A DNA stretch of 64,000 nucleotides. It comes from Rhodanobacteraceae bacterium. Lineage in GTDB: Bacteria; Pseudomonadota; Gammaproteobacteria; Xanthomonadales; Rhodanobacteraceae. The stretch spans positions 5,983 to 69,982 of the forward strand of contig DAIOUL010000001.1 of assembly GCA_036759545.1 (NCBI GenBank), read 5' to 3'. Both the position numbers and the translations under genes were made by a program. The notes under the pieces are model-generated. The model saw only the letters and a list, made by a program, of their open reading frames with translations, had not been told where the DNA came from and did no database searches. Numbering within the stretch: position 1 is the first letter of the stretch; every line of letters starts with the position of its first letter. Shown here piece after piece: positions 20,501 to 28,505 of this stretch.

Positions 20501-21185
20501 ACACGCGCTCGGTATCGATGCGGACCTCGCCTCCTACGGCAAGGTCATCGGTGGAGGTTTCCCCGTCGGCGTGATCGCCGGCAAGCGCGAATACATGGAC
20601 GCCCTCGACGGCGGCCAATGGCAATTCGGCGACGATTCGATTCCCACCGTCGGCGTCACTTATTTCGCCGGCACCTTCGTTCGGCATCCGCTCGCACTGG
20701 CAGCGGCCAAGGCTTCTCTGCAACATCTGAAGACCGAAGGACCGGCGCTGCAGGAGCGGCTCAACGCACGCACCGCGGAGATGGTCGCCGGCCTGAACCG
20801 TTTCTGCGCCGAAGCGGGCGCGCCGATCACGGTGACGCATTTCGCATCGCTGTGGCGCATCGGATTCAACGAGGATCATCCGCTGCAGGATCTGCTGTTC
20901 GCGATGATGCGCAGCCGCGGCATCCACATCCTCGAGCACTTTCCCTGCTTTTTCACCACCGCGCACAGCGATGCCGACATCGCTGCCATCGCGAAGGCGT
21001 TCCGCGAATCCGTTGCCGAATTGCAGGAAGCGGAATTCCTGCCGCGCCGGCGTACGCCTTCGGCGTTCGACGCAAGCAAGCCGCCCGTTGCCGGTGCGCG
21101 GCTGGGCAAGGATCCCGAGGGCCGCCCGGCCTGGTATGTGCCCGACCCGGTGCAGCCTGGCAAGTACGTGAAGGTGGAGGCATGA
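14559..21185 (+). CDS. hybrid NRPS-PKS: A(Thr)-T-KS-AT(malonyl)-ACP-aminotransferase (class III PLP)
   Basis: Length is 2208 aa. A domain: LAYVIYTSGSTGKPKG, NMYGITE, YRTGDLAR, GRCDQQIKIRGFRIETGEIE and ENGKLDRKAL. T: FFELGGNSLLA with Ser575 at nt 16281-16283. KS: DPIAIIAMAGRFPGA, HTACSTSLVA with Cys804 at 16968-16970, EAHGTATPVGD and GSVKSNVGH. AT: FPGQGAQ, GHSVGE with Ser1241 at 18279-18281, and HAFHS. ACP: LGLDSLAL with Ser1570 at 19266-19268. C-terminal aminotransferase: SGSYHG, IFDEVVTGFR and ASYGKVIGGGFP with Lys1995 at 20541-20543. No KR, DH or ER was seen. Confidence 0.95.
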   Translation: MRTEESPRRGNAGVPALPVSDPTLHACVERQARRAPDAVAVKCGAESFTYRELNARANRLAHKLRSLGAGPDSLVGIGLERSPGMVVGLLAILKSGAAYLPLDLAYPRERLEFMLADAGVDIVLTSRSGAEALGTRTGTTLLLDDEQTTAGQPDSDPAPVSAASNLAYVIYTSGSTGKPKGCLVTHANVVRLFAQTQPWFGFGPKDIWTFFHSHAFDFSVWEIWGALVHGGRVVVVPHEVTRSPDVFHALLASEGVTVLNQTPSAFRALIQADLASSLPPSEFSLRYVIFGGEALDLQMLAPWFEKHGDERPRLINMYGITETTVHVTYRPLSRVDLDRNAGSVIGVPIPDLAVYLLDSNLRPVPEGEIGEMFVAGGGVSRGYLNRPELTAERFIDWSAPDGVIRKLYRTGDLARRLPDGDLQYLGRCDQQIKIRGFRIETGEIESALQRHPGVQACAVIARDDGPEGAHRLVAYVVPSADTISPPQLREHLAASLPDYMLPSAYVFLDSLPLTENGKLDRKALPAPGRERPDLAVPFDPPIGADELRVCGVFAELLSLDRVGRNDNFFELGGNSLLAARAVTALNGTAANLAVTDIFRAPTAAGLAAIIARSAGHTVEPSRLGVAKQAGEGDPIAIIAMAGRFPGAKDVESFWRNLCDGVESITRFAPEQLDPSIPAALRNDPAYVAARGVIEGVENFDAAFFGISPREAELMDPQQRIFLELCWECLERGGHVPDAQKAPVGIFAGMYNGTYFRNHVQAHPELIAKLGEFQVMLGNEKDYIATRTAHKLNLTGPAVSVHTACSTSLVAVCQAVEALRRGQCRMALAGGAAVTCPPASGYLHQEGAMLSRDGSTRTFAADATGTVFSDGAAVVLLKRLVDAEADGDPIYAVIRGCAVNNDGADKASFTAPSAPGQAAVIAMALDDAGVDARSISYVEAHGTATPVGDPIEIEGLTAAFRRDTQDSGYCAIGSVKSNVGHLVTAAGAAGLIKTALALCERKLPPTLHAKPLSAAIDFANSPFVVNDRLREWRSESAPLRAGVSSFGVGGTNAHVILEEAPVREPSTPAEGPQLLLLSARTSGALKEARKRLAAELADQPGCNLADVAWTLSVGRKAFAERTFLVAAECSEAAAKLRQAALQAYTAQTREVVWMFPGQGAQYAGMGRALHASEPEFREALDACAEILAGELGFDLRERLFSEDPDALGETRITQPATFAIEYALAQLWLARGIRPAALIGHSVGEFVAAVIAGVMGLDDALRLVARRGQLMQAQPAGAMLSVRLSADKLAARLPPSLSLAAENAPEACVASGEIADIETLRIALEADGVACRALRTSHAFHSAMMDAVVEPFRAEMERVPLAPPRIPIASTLLGEWLDERTATSPDYWARHLRGTVRFARALSVAAEFSPDSVLLELGPRTTLTTLARMNPHARSHLAIASLESDARDERSVWLSAAGRLWCAGAPLDASSFDHRERKRRLCLPTYPFERVRHWVDPSVTTPAVQVAQKSAAFAASAPAAVQEPSMTTSASAAPRRERLIAQILAMVEDVSGEDPQSIDIGTSFVALGLDSLALTQLSMQLSRTFGVRITFRQLMEDLSSPEKLAMSIDRELPPEANPAGFAEQPMAAPPAAAQNGLLQQVIAQQMMIMQQQLAMLGGAGPGTSVLPTHAPPVGTSVPAAAAPPPAQEEEAALSHTRYDVKKAFGAIARIHSGQTELTERQRVRLAAFIDRYVAKTRKSKEYTERHRTVLADPRVVNGFRPLLKEVVYQIVAERSKGSRLWDLDGNEYIDALNGFGMNLFGWQPDFVLDAVRRQIELGYEIGPQHPLAGEVAELVCEMTGFDRAAFCNTGSEAVMGTVRVARTVTGRETLVIFSGSYHGIFDEVIMRGTKSLRSVPAAPGILRNAAQNVLVLEYGTAESLEIIRQRAGEIAAVLVEPVQSRRPDFQPREFLAELRTITRDAGAVLIFDEVVTGFRTHPRGAQHALGIDADLASYGKVIGGGFPVGVIAGKREYMDALDGGQWQFGDDSIPTVGVTYFAGTFVRHPLALAAAKASLQHLKTEGPALQERLNARTAEMVAGLNRFCAEAGAPITVTHFASLWRIGFNEDHPLQDLLFAMMRSRGIHILEHFPCFFTTAHSDADIAAIAKAFRESVAELQEAEFLPRRRTPSAFDASKPPVAGARLGKDPEGRPAWYVPDPVQPGKYVKVEA

Positions 21186-24100
21186 CGTCCGCCGAGGTCA
21201 GTAGCACGACCGCTGCTCACGATCCATTCGCGGAAACGACGTTGGCGCGCGTCGTGCCCGCGATCGAGGCACAACGCGAAGTATGGCTGGCGGCCAAACT
21301 GGAGCCCGCCGCTTCGCTGGCCTACAACGAAGGCATTTCGCTGCACTTGCGCGGCAATCTCGACACGGCGGCGTTGCATGGCGCCCTGCAGGAGCTGCTC
21401 GCACGCCACGACGCATTGCGCGCGACGCTGAGTCCGGATGGCGCCGAGCTGTGCATCGCCGAGAGTGCCGAGGCGGCATGGGCGGAGCAGGACTTGTCGA
21501 CGCTCGACCACGACGCGCGCGATGCTGCGGTCGCGGCGACGTTGCGCCGCGCTGTGGAAACGCCGTTCGATCTCGAACACGGGCCGTTGCTGCGCGCCGA
21601 GCTGCTGCGGCTCGGCACGGACGATCATCTGCTGGTTCTGAGCGCGCACCATATCGTCTGTGACGGATGGTCCTGGGGCGTGCTAATGAGCGACCTCGCC
21701 GCCTGCTATGCCGCGCTGCTGCACCACCAGGCGCCGGCACTCGACGCAGCGGATTCCTTCGCCGACTACGCGCTCGAGGAGATTCATTACGCGGAATCGG
21801 ATGAATTCCGCGCCGCCGAACGCTATTGGCTGGGACGTTTCGACAAACTCCCCCCGGCTTTGGACCTGCCGACCGACCGGCCGCGACCACGAGTACGCAG
21901 CTTCGCTTCGCAGCGGCGCGATTGCACGCTCGATCCGGGCTTGGTCAAGGTCGCAACGCAAACCGCCGCACAACAGGGTGCGAGCCTGTATGCGTTACTC
22001 CTCGCCACTTTCGCGCTATTGCTGCACCGGCTTTCAGAACAGGACGATCTCGTCATCGGGATTCCCGCCGCGGGCCAAGCAGCGACGGGACGTCCCAATT
22101 TGGTCGGCCACTCGGTCAACATCCTTCCTTTGCGCTGCGCGATCGATGGCGGCGCGCCGTTTGCGCAAACACTTTCGCGGATCCGCGGCGATCTGCTGGA
22201 TGCGGTCGAACACCAGCGCTACACGTTCGGTACCTTGCTGAAGCGGCTGGCGATGCCGCGCGATCCGGCGCGGCTGCCGCTGGTGAACGTGCTTTTCAAT
22301 CTGGACCGCGCGCTCGGTCCGGAACAGGCGGCTTTCGAGGGCCTGGAATTCGAGCTGGCCACGCTGCCGCGCAGCTTCGAGAATTTCGAGTTGTTCGTCA
22401 ACGCGGTCCAGCTCGGCGACGGTGCCCTGAGCCTCGAGTGCCAGTTCAATAGCGATCTGTTCGACGCGGAGACGATCGACGCATGGCTGGATGCATACGC
22501 CACGCTGTTGCGTGCCGCTTGCACAGACCCGGCCCGCAGTGGCGACGCGCTGGAAATGCTTTCCCCCGGCGCGCGCGCGAAGCTCGACGGATTCCAGCCG
22601 CCAGCGGCCACGTTCCATGAAGCGCGGCTGGCGCACGAGTATTTCGAACGTGCCGTGGACCGTGCAGCGACGCGCCAAGCGCTGCGCTGCGCCGACATCC
22701 GTTGGACCTACGCCGAACTGGAGTCCCGCGCCAACCGCATTGCGCACGCTTTGCGCGCACGTGGGGTCGGCCGTGGCGCACTGGTCGGGCTGGCTCTCGC
22801 ACGCGGCCCGGACATGATCGCGAGCGTACTCGCGGTGCTCAAGGCCGGCGCGGGCTACGTTCCGCTCGACCCCTCGTTTCCGGTTCAACGTCTCGCGTTC
22901 ATGGCGAGCGATGCATCGCTCGCGGCATTGGTCGTGGACGACGCGCCGCCGGAATGGTTCGAACATTCGAGCGCTGTCTTGTCGCTCGCCGCCAATGCTG
23001 CGGAAATCGATGCGCAGCCCGAAACGCGGCTGCCTCGCGATGAGCGGTCGGCGGCTCCCGATTCGATCGCGTACGTGATCTACACATCCGGTTCGACCGG
23101 CCAACCCAAGGGCGTGCAGGTGCCGCACCGGACCACGTCTAACTTGTTGACGTCGATGCAGCGCGTGCCGGGCATCGACAAGGATGACAGGCTGGTCGCG
23201 GTAACGACGCTGTCTTTCGACATCGCGTTCGTGGAGCTGATGTTGCCGCTCTGCGCCGGGGCGGAAGTGGTGATTGCGGATCACGACCAGGTCCGTGACG
23301 GAGCGGCGTTGCGCGCGCTGATCGAGAACAGCGCGGCGACGGTGTTGCAGGCGACGCCTTCCGGCTGGCGCATCCTGCTCGACTCCGGCTGGACCGGCCA
23401 TCCGCGATTCAAGGCCATCACCGGCGGCGAACCTTTGACCCTCGATCTTGCGGAAGCGTTGCTGTCGCGCTGCGGCGAGGTCTGGAACGGCTACGGACCG
23501 ACCGAAACCACGGTGTACTCGACTTACTGGCGCGTCGCCGCGCCGCGCCGCGGCATCTTCATCGGCCAGCCGATCGCGAACACCGACGTTCGCATTCTGG
23601 ATGAGCGGGGAATGCAGTGTCCGGTGGGCGCCCCAGGCGAAATCACGATCGGGGGAGCCGGCGTTTCGCTGGGGTATCTCGGACGTCCGGAACTGACTGC
23701 CGAGCGGTTCATCGCGGACAGCTTTTTCCGCGAAGCGGGAACGTTGCGGTATCGCACCGGCGACCGTGGACGCTGGAGGTGGGACGGCAATATCGAACAC
23801 CTCGGCCGGCTCGATTTCCAGGTCAAGGTGCGCGGCTACCGGATCGAGCTGGGCGAAATCGAATCCGCACTCGTCGCGCTTCCCGAGGTGGCGCGCGCGG
23901 TGGTCGTTGCGCGCGAGGAGCGGCTCGGCGATACCCGGCTTGTCGCCTATGTTGTGCTGCGGGCGGGTGCCGCACTGGACAGCGCGGCGGCGCGGACGCG
24001 CCTCAAACAGATTCTGCCGGAATACATGATTCCGCAGCATGTGGTGTTGCTGGACGCGATCCCGCAGTTGCCGAACGGCAAGATCGATCGCAAGGCGTTG

Positions 24101-27100
24101 CCCGCACCCACGGTGCAAGCCTCTCCGTCGTCGGCGCATGTCGCACCCCGCAATGAGCACGAGCGGCGCGTCGCAACGGCCATGGAGGAGATTCTCGCGT
24201 TACCCGGCTTGGGTATCCACGATGATTTCTTCGCACTGGGTGGACACTCGCTGCTGGCTGCACAGCTCACCGCGCGGCTCAATCGCGAGTTCGGCCTCAC
24301 GCTATCGCTCCGCACCCTGTTCGACTCGCCGACCATCGCGGGGCTGTCTGCGGTCATCGAGGAGCGGTTGAAAGAAGGCCAGGGCGATGCGAGCGAGCCG
24401 ATCGAGCATCGCGCCGACCAGTCGCGCGCGCCCTTGTCGCTGGTGCAGCAGCGCATGTGGCTGCTGGAGGAGATGAATCCGGGCCGCGTCAACTACAACA
24501 CGCCATCGGCTCACCGGCTGCGGGGTCGGTTGGACGAGGCCGCCTTCGAGCGCGCTTTCCGCGAAATGGTGCGGCGACAGTCCGCCTTGCGCACCGCGAT
24601 CGTCCGGGAAAATGGCGAGCCGATGCAGGTGGTGGAACCTGAGATCGAAATCAAATTGTTTCCGGCGGAGGATTTGTCCGGCTTGCCGGCCGGAGAACGC
24701 GAAGCCGTGTTGATGGATCGTCTTCAACGATTGACGGATACACCCTTCGATCTTTCACGCGCGCCGCTGTTTCGCGTGCGCATGTTCCGCATGGCGGCGG
24801 ATGAGCATGTCCTGTTCTTCATGCCGCACCACATCATCTGGGACGGATGGTCCTTCGATCTGGTCTATGGCGAGCTCTCGGAGCTCTATCGCGCTTACAA
24901 GACCGGTTCGCAGCCGAAGCTTCCGGCGCTGCCGGTGAGCTACGGAGATTTTGCCGTCTGGCATACGCGCTGGCTGGAAGGACCGCAACTCCAGTCGCAG
25001 CTCGCTTTCTGGCGGGACAAGCTGGCCACCGTGGAAGAGCCGCAGAATCTTCCTGCCGACAAGCCGCGCAAGCCGGGCATGTCGGGAGAAGGCCGCACCG
25101 AATGGATCAAGGTTTCGGGTGAGCAAACCGATGCCATGCGCCGGATCGCGCGCGAGGCCGATGCGACATTGAACATGGCCTTGCTGGCTCTGTACTACGT
25201 GCTGCTGTTCGAAACCATGGGGCAGCACAATCTCGTGATCGGCACTCCGGTGCGCGGGCGCAGCCAGGTGGAAATCGAATCGGTGATGGGATGTTTCAAC
25301 AATCTCGTGCCGCTGTATCTGCGGCTGGAACCGAATCTCCCTTTCACGGAGCTGGTGCGGCGGGTCAAGCGCATCGTGGTCGAGAGTTTCGAGCACCCGG
25401 ATGTACCACTCGAACACCTGCAGAGCGAACTCAAGGCCAGGCACGGCGGAAACGCGTTGCTGTATCAGGCGCTGTTCTCGTTTCAGGACGCGCGCCAGCG
25501 CATCACGGATTGGGCCGGGCTCTCGCATGAACAGATCCTGCTGTTCCAGAGCGGAGCCAACGAGGACCTCGGCCTGTGGTTCTTGGAAAACAACTCCGGG
25601 ATGATCGGCGGAGTGACTTTCAACGCGGATGTTTTCCGTCCGGATACCGCGCGCATGCTGCGCGAGCGTTATCTCGAACTGTTGAGTCGGGTGATCGACG
25701 ATCCGGACCAAGCCGTTTCATCGCTGACCCGGATCAGCGATGCAGATCTTGCCAAAGTGCGGCAATGGAACATGCCCAAGGACATTCCAGGCGCAGCTGT
25801 CCGCATCGAAAAGGCGTTCGAGGCGCGCGCCGAACGCGCTCCCGCCGCGATTGCGGTGGCGGCGGCAAACAAGGATTTCACTTGTGCTGAAATCGAGCGC
25901 CTGGCGAACCAGATCGCCGCCTGTCTGCACCGGCGCGGCGTCGGCAGGAACAGCGTGGTCGCGCTGGCCGAGGAGCAGGGAGCCGATCGCACAGCCAGCC
26001 TGCTGGGAATCTGGAAGGCCGGCGGCATCTGTCTGCCGCTCGAGCCGGCCGATCCGCCTTCGCGCCTGAAGTCGATCATCGTCGATGCGAACGTGGCGGT
26101 AGTCATCGGCAGGTCGAAGCTGGAGCCTGCACTCGACTGGCCGCGTTCGCGTGCGCTCTGGCTCGATGCCGATCAGACGGAGATCGTCTCGGCTTCCGAA
26201 TCGACCGGTGTGCCTGAAGCAGGTGCCGATGACGTCGCCCTCCTGATCTATCCCGGCGACACGGCAGAAACGGGAAGCGCGCGCATATTTTCGCACCGCG
26301 AGATCGGCCGAAACGCTTGGGCACTGCGCGGCCTGCTCGGGCTCGGCGACGAAGCGCGGGTGCTGGGGACCTCCGCGCCTTCCACCGCCATGTCGATGCT
26401 CGAGTGCGTGTTGCCGATGATCGGTGGAGCGATCGTGGCGGCGCGTCCGGATGAAATTTCAAATGGCACGACGCTGATCCAGAGGATCAGGACCGGAAAA
26501 CCGGACATCGTGTTCGCGGCGACGGATATCTGGAAAAAAATGCTGGCAGTCGACGTGGCCGGCATGCCCCGACTGAAAGCTGTCTGCTTCGGGGGAACCC
26601 CCAAGCCGCAACTTGTCGAAAAGATACTCGCCCGTCACGGCGAACTCTGGAACGCGCTATCGCTGGACGACGGCATCGTTGCCAGCTGCGGGCGTGTCGA
26701 GTCGACCGACGCTGCGATCCACGCGGGAGGGCCACTTGCGGGCAACGTCATTTCGATAGTCGGCGACGATGGACGACCGCAACCGATCGGCGCGATCGGG
26801 GAAATCTGCGTGGCGGGCGATTGTGCGGGACAGGAGGCGGGCTCGCTGGAAGCCGTGGCTGCCCAAGCCGCGCGGCGCACCGGGTTCCGCGGCCGCTGGC
26901 TTGCCGGCGGCGAAATCGAAGAGCTGGGTCGGCTGGATCGGCGAATCTGCGCGAGCGGCCGCGTGGTTGATCCCGCAGCCATAGAGCAGGTGTTGCGCAA
27001 GCAGGCGGGCGTGGAAGACGCCCTTGTCATCTCCAATGTGGATGCGGACGGAGCCGTCAAGCTGATCGCTTACGCAGTCAGGAAACGGGGTGCATCACCG

Positions 27101-28399
27101 GATGCGGGGATGTTGCAGCGCGCGCTGAAAGCGAATCTGCCTGCTGCGGCCAATCCGAGCAGCATCGCGATAATCGACGGGCTGCCCCGGTTGCCGAACG
27201 GCAAGATTGATCAAAATGCCTTGTCGAGTCTCGCCTCATCTCCCTCTGCGGTTCAGATCGAAACCCCGGGCGGCGATGCAACCCGGCAAAACCTGGGTGC
27301 ACTGGAACGGGGGCTCGTCGATATCTGGCGCGAACTGCTGAGAGTGCAGCAGATCGGCATTCACGACGATTTCTTCGATCTCGGGGGCGACTCGCTGCTG
27401 GCGGTGCGCATGTTCCAGCGCGCGCAGAAACTCACCGGAATCAATCTGCCGCTGGCCACCCTGCTGACCGCGCCCACCATCGCGCGCCAGGCGGCGGCAT
27501 ATCGCGCGGCCGGAGCAAAGGAACCCGAAATTTTCCTACCCTCCGGTTCACCGGCCGAACCCGCACACGATCCGTGGGCACCACTGGTGCCGATCCAGCC
27601 GGGCGGTTCGAAAGCGCCGCTGTTCTGCGTGCATGCGGTCGGTGGAAACGTTTTGAACTACGTACCGCTTGCCAAGGCGCTCGACGAGGATCAGCCGTTC
27701 TACGGCCTTCAGGCGATCGGGCTGGACGGGATCACGCCCCCGATCGATTCGCTGACCGCGATGGCCACGCGCTACGTGGCGGAGATCAGGAAGCTGCGGC
27801 CGCACGGTCCCTATTTTCTGGCCGGCGGATCGATGGGCGGCATGATTGCCTATGAAATGGCACAACAGTTGCGCGCCGCCGGAGAGAAGATCGCACTGCT
27901 CGCGTTGTTCGATACATACGGGCCCGAAAACAGGCAATTCGAGATCAAGCAGGACGATCCGCTCAGTCTGATGGGCAGGCGCTGGCGCGCGCGGCTGCAA
28001 CGCGCGAGCGGTCTGGACATCCGCGGCAAGGCGGCGATGTTCGCTAACGCCATCGGCTGGCGGATGCGGCGAGCGGGAGACATTCTGCGCGTGCGCTGGT
28101 CGCGGGCGCGCGGAACGGCATTGCCCCACGAGCTTCGCTATCGCGAAGTGGAGCGCATACACGAGCAGGCTTATCTCGCCTACAAGCCAAAGCCCTATGA
28201 AGGTTCGATCGTGCTGTTCCGCGCCGCGGAGCAATGCGAAGGCATCAATGCGAGCAGGACATTGGGCTGGGAAGGCGTGGTCACCGGCGGAATCGAAATC
28301 GTCGATCTGCCCGGAGGGCACGATTCGCTGATCGAGCAGCCATTGCTGGTCGAGAACCTGCGCAAGGTGCTGGAGCGCGCGCAGGCCGCGGCGGGTTGA
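21182..28399 (+). CDS. NRPS: C-A-T-C-A(degenerate)-T-TE
   Basis: The ORF 20618..28399 was trimmed to the ATG at 21182, which overlaps the upstream stop (ATGA). Length is 2405 aa. C1: HHIVCDG at 21647-21667. A1: YTSGSTGQPKG at 23081-23113, plus NGYGPTE, YRTGDRGR and LPNGKIDRKAL. T1: FFALGGHSLLA with Ser1023 at 24248-24250. C2: HHIIWDG at 24827-24847. T2: FFDLGGDSLLA with Ser2071 at 27392-27394. TE: PLFCVHAVGGN and GGSMGG with Ser2217 at 27830-27832. Confidence 0.95.
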   Translation: MTSAEVSSTTAAHDPFAETTLARVVPAIEAQREVWLAAKLEPAASLAYNEGISLHLRGNLDTAALHGALQELLARHDALRATLSPDGAELCIAESAEAAWAEQDLSTLDHDARDAAVAATLRRAVETPFDLEHGPLLRAELLRLGTDDHLLVLSAHHIVCDGWSWGVLMSDLAACYAALLHHQAPALDAADSFADYALEEIHYAESDEFRAAERYWLGRFDKLPPALDLPTDRPRPRVRSFASQRRDCTLDPGLVKVATQTAAQQGASLYALLLATFALLLHRLSEQDDLVIGIPAAGQAATGRPNLVGHSVNILPLRCAIDGGAPFAQTLSRIRGDLLDAVEHQRYTFGTLLKRLAMPRDPARLPLVNVLFNLDRALGPEQAAFEGLEFELATLPRSFENFELFVNAVQLGDGALSLECQFNSDLFDAETIDAWLDAYATLLRAACTDPARSGDALEMLSPGARAKLDGFQPPAATFHEARLAHEYFERAVDRAATRQALRCADIRWTYAELESRANRIAHALRARGVGRGALVGLALARGPDMIASVLAVLKAGAGYVPLDPSFPVQRLAFMASDASLAALVVDDAPPEWFEHSSAVLSLAANAAEIDAQPETRLPRDERSAAPDSIAYVIYTSGSTGQPKGVQVPHRTTSNLLTSMQRVPGIDKDDRLVAVTTLSFDIAFVELMLPLCAGAEVVIADHDQVRDGAALRALIENSAATVLQATPSGWRILLDSGWTGHPRFKAITGGEPLTLDLAEALLSRCGEVWNGYGPTETTVYSTYWRVAAPRRGIFIGQPIANTDVRILDERGMQCPVGAPGEITIGGAGVSLGYLGRPELTAERFIADSFFREAGTLRYRTGDRGRWRWDGNIEHLGRLDFQVKVRGYRIELGEIESALVALPEVARAVVVAREERLGDTRLVAYVVLRAGAALDSAAARTRLKQILPEYMIPQHVVLLDAIPQLPNGKIDRKALPAPTVQASPSSAHVAPRNEHERRVATAMEEILALPGLGIHDDFFALGGHSLLAAQLTARLNREFGLTLSLRTLFDSPTIAGLSAVIEERLKEGQGDASEPIEHRADQSRAPLSLVQQRMWLLEEMNPGRVNYNTPSAHRLRGRLDEAAFERAFREMVRRQSALRTAIVRENGEPMQVVEPEIEIKLFPAEDLSGLPAGEREAVLMDRLQRLTDTPFDLSRAPLFRVRMFRMAADEHVLFFMPHHIIWDGWSFDLVYGELSELYRAYKTGSQPKLPALPVSYGDFAVWHTRWLEGPQLQSQLAFWRDKLATVEEPQNLPADKPRKPGMSGEGRTEWIKVSGEQTDAMRRIAREADATLNMALLALYYVLLFETMGQHNLVIGTPVRGRSQVEIESVMGCFNNLVPLYLRLEPNLPFTELVRRVKRIVVESFEHPDVPLEHLQSELKARHGGNALLYQALFSFQDARQRITDWAGLSHEQILLFQSGANEDLGLWFLENNSGMIGGVTFNADVFRPDTARMLRERYLELLSRVIDDPDQAVSSLTRISDADLAKVRQWNMPKDIPGAAVRIEKAFEARAERAPAAIAVAAANKDFTCAEIERLANQIAACLHRRGVGRNSVVALAEEQGADRTASLLGIWKAGGICLPLEPADPPSRLKSIIVDANVAVVIGRSKLEPALDWPRSRALWLDADQTEIVSASESTGVPEAGADDVALLIYPGDTAETGSARIFSHREIGRNAWALRGLLGLGDEARVLGTSAPSTAMSMLECVLPMIGGAIVAARPDEISNGTTLIQRIRTGKPDIVFAATDIWKKMLAVDVAGMPRLKAVCFGGTPKPQLVEKILARHGELWNALSLDDGIVASCGRVESTDAAIHAGGPLAGNVISIVGDDGRPQPIGAIGEICVAGDCAGQEAGSLEAVAAQAARRTGFRGRWLAGGEIEELGRLDRRICASGRVVDPAAIEQVLRKQAGVEDALVISNVDADGAVKLIAYAVRKRGASPDAGMLQRALKANLPAAANPSSIAIIDGLPRLPNGKIDQNALSSLASSPSAVQIETPGGDATRQNLGALERGLVDIWRELLRVQQIGIHDDFFDLGGDSLLAVRMFQRAQKLTGINLPLATLLTAPTIARQAAAYRAAGAKEPEIFLPSGSPAEPAHDPWAPLVPIQPGGSKAPLFCVHAVGGNVLNYVPLAKALDEDQPFYGLQAIGLDGITPPIDSLTAMATRYVAEIRKLRPHGPYFLAGGSMGGMIAYEMAQQLRAAGEKIALLALFDTYGPENRQFEIKQDDPLSLMGRRWRARLQRASGLDIRGKAAMFANAIGWRMRRAGDILRVRWSRARGTALPHELRYREVERIHEQAYLAYKPKPYEGSIVLFRAAEQCEGINASRTLGWEGVVTGGIEIVDLPGGHDSLIEQPLLVENLRKVLERAQAAAG
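25795..27225 (+). other. degenerate adenylation-like domain of the terminal NRPS module
   Basis: The region has A-domain length and position and keeps the A10-like LPRLPNGKIDQNAL. The core motifs are replaced: A3 is LLIYPGDTAETGSARIF (no TSGSTGxPKG), A5 is WNALSLDDG (no NxYGPTE), A7 is RTGFRGRW (no YRTGD), and A8 is GRLDRRICASGRVVDPAAIE (no GRxDxQVKIRGxRIELGEIE). Confidence 0.6.
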
Positions 28400-28505
28400 A
28401 GGCGGCGGCGCGCGTCTCGGGCTCGGTCGATCAGCGCAGTACAAGAGCACGCACAAACGATCACGCGCGTGCGGACGGATGCATCGGTCGAGCTGGCGCC
28501 ACGAC

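Noticed and set aside
20618-21181. Upstream extension of the second NRPS ORF (188 codons).
   Set aside because: It overlaps the well-supported aminotransferase domain of the upstream gene in another frame. The ATG at 21182 forms an ATGA stop/start overlap and precedes a normal C-domain N-terminus.
16086-24160. Long minus-strand ORFs inside the NRPS/PKS genes (16086-17774, 17799-19283, 19887-20966, 22034-24160).
   Set aside because: They lie antisense to frames that carry complete, ordered NRPS/PKS core motifs. Their translations are Arg-rich and low in information.
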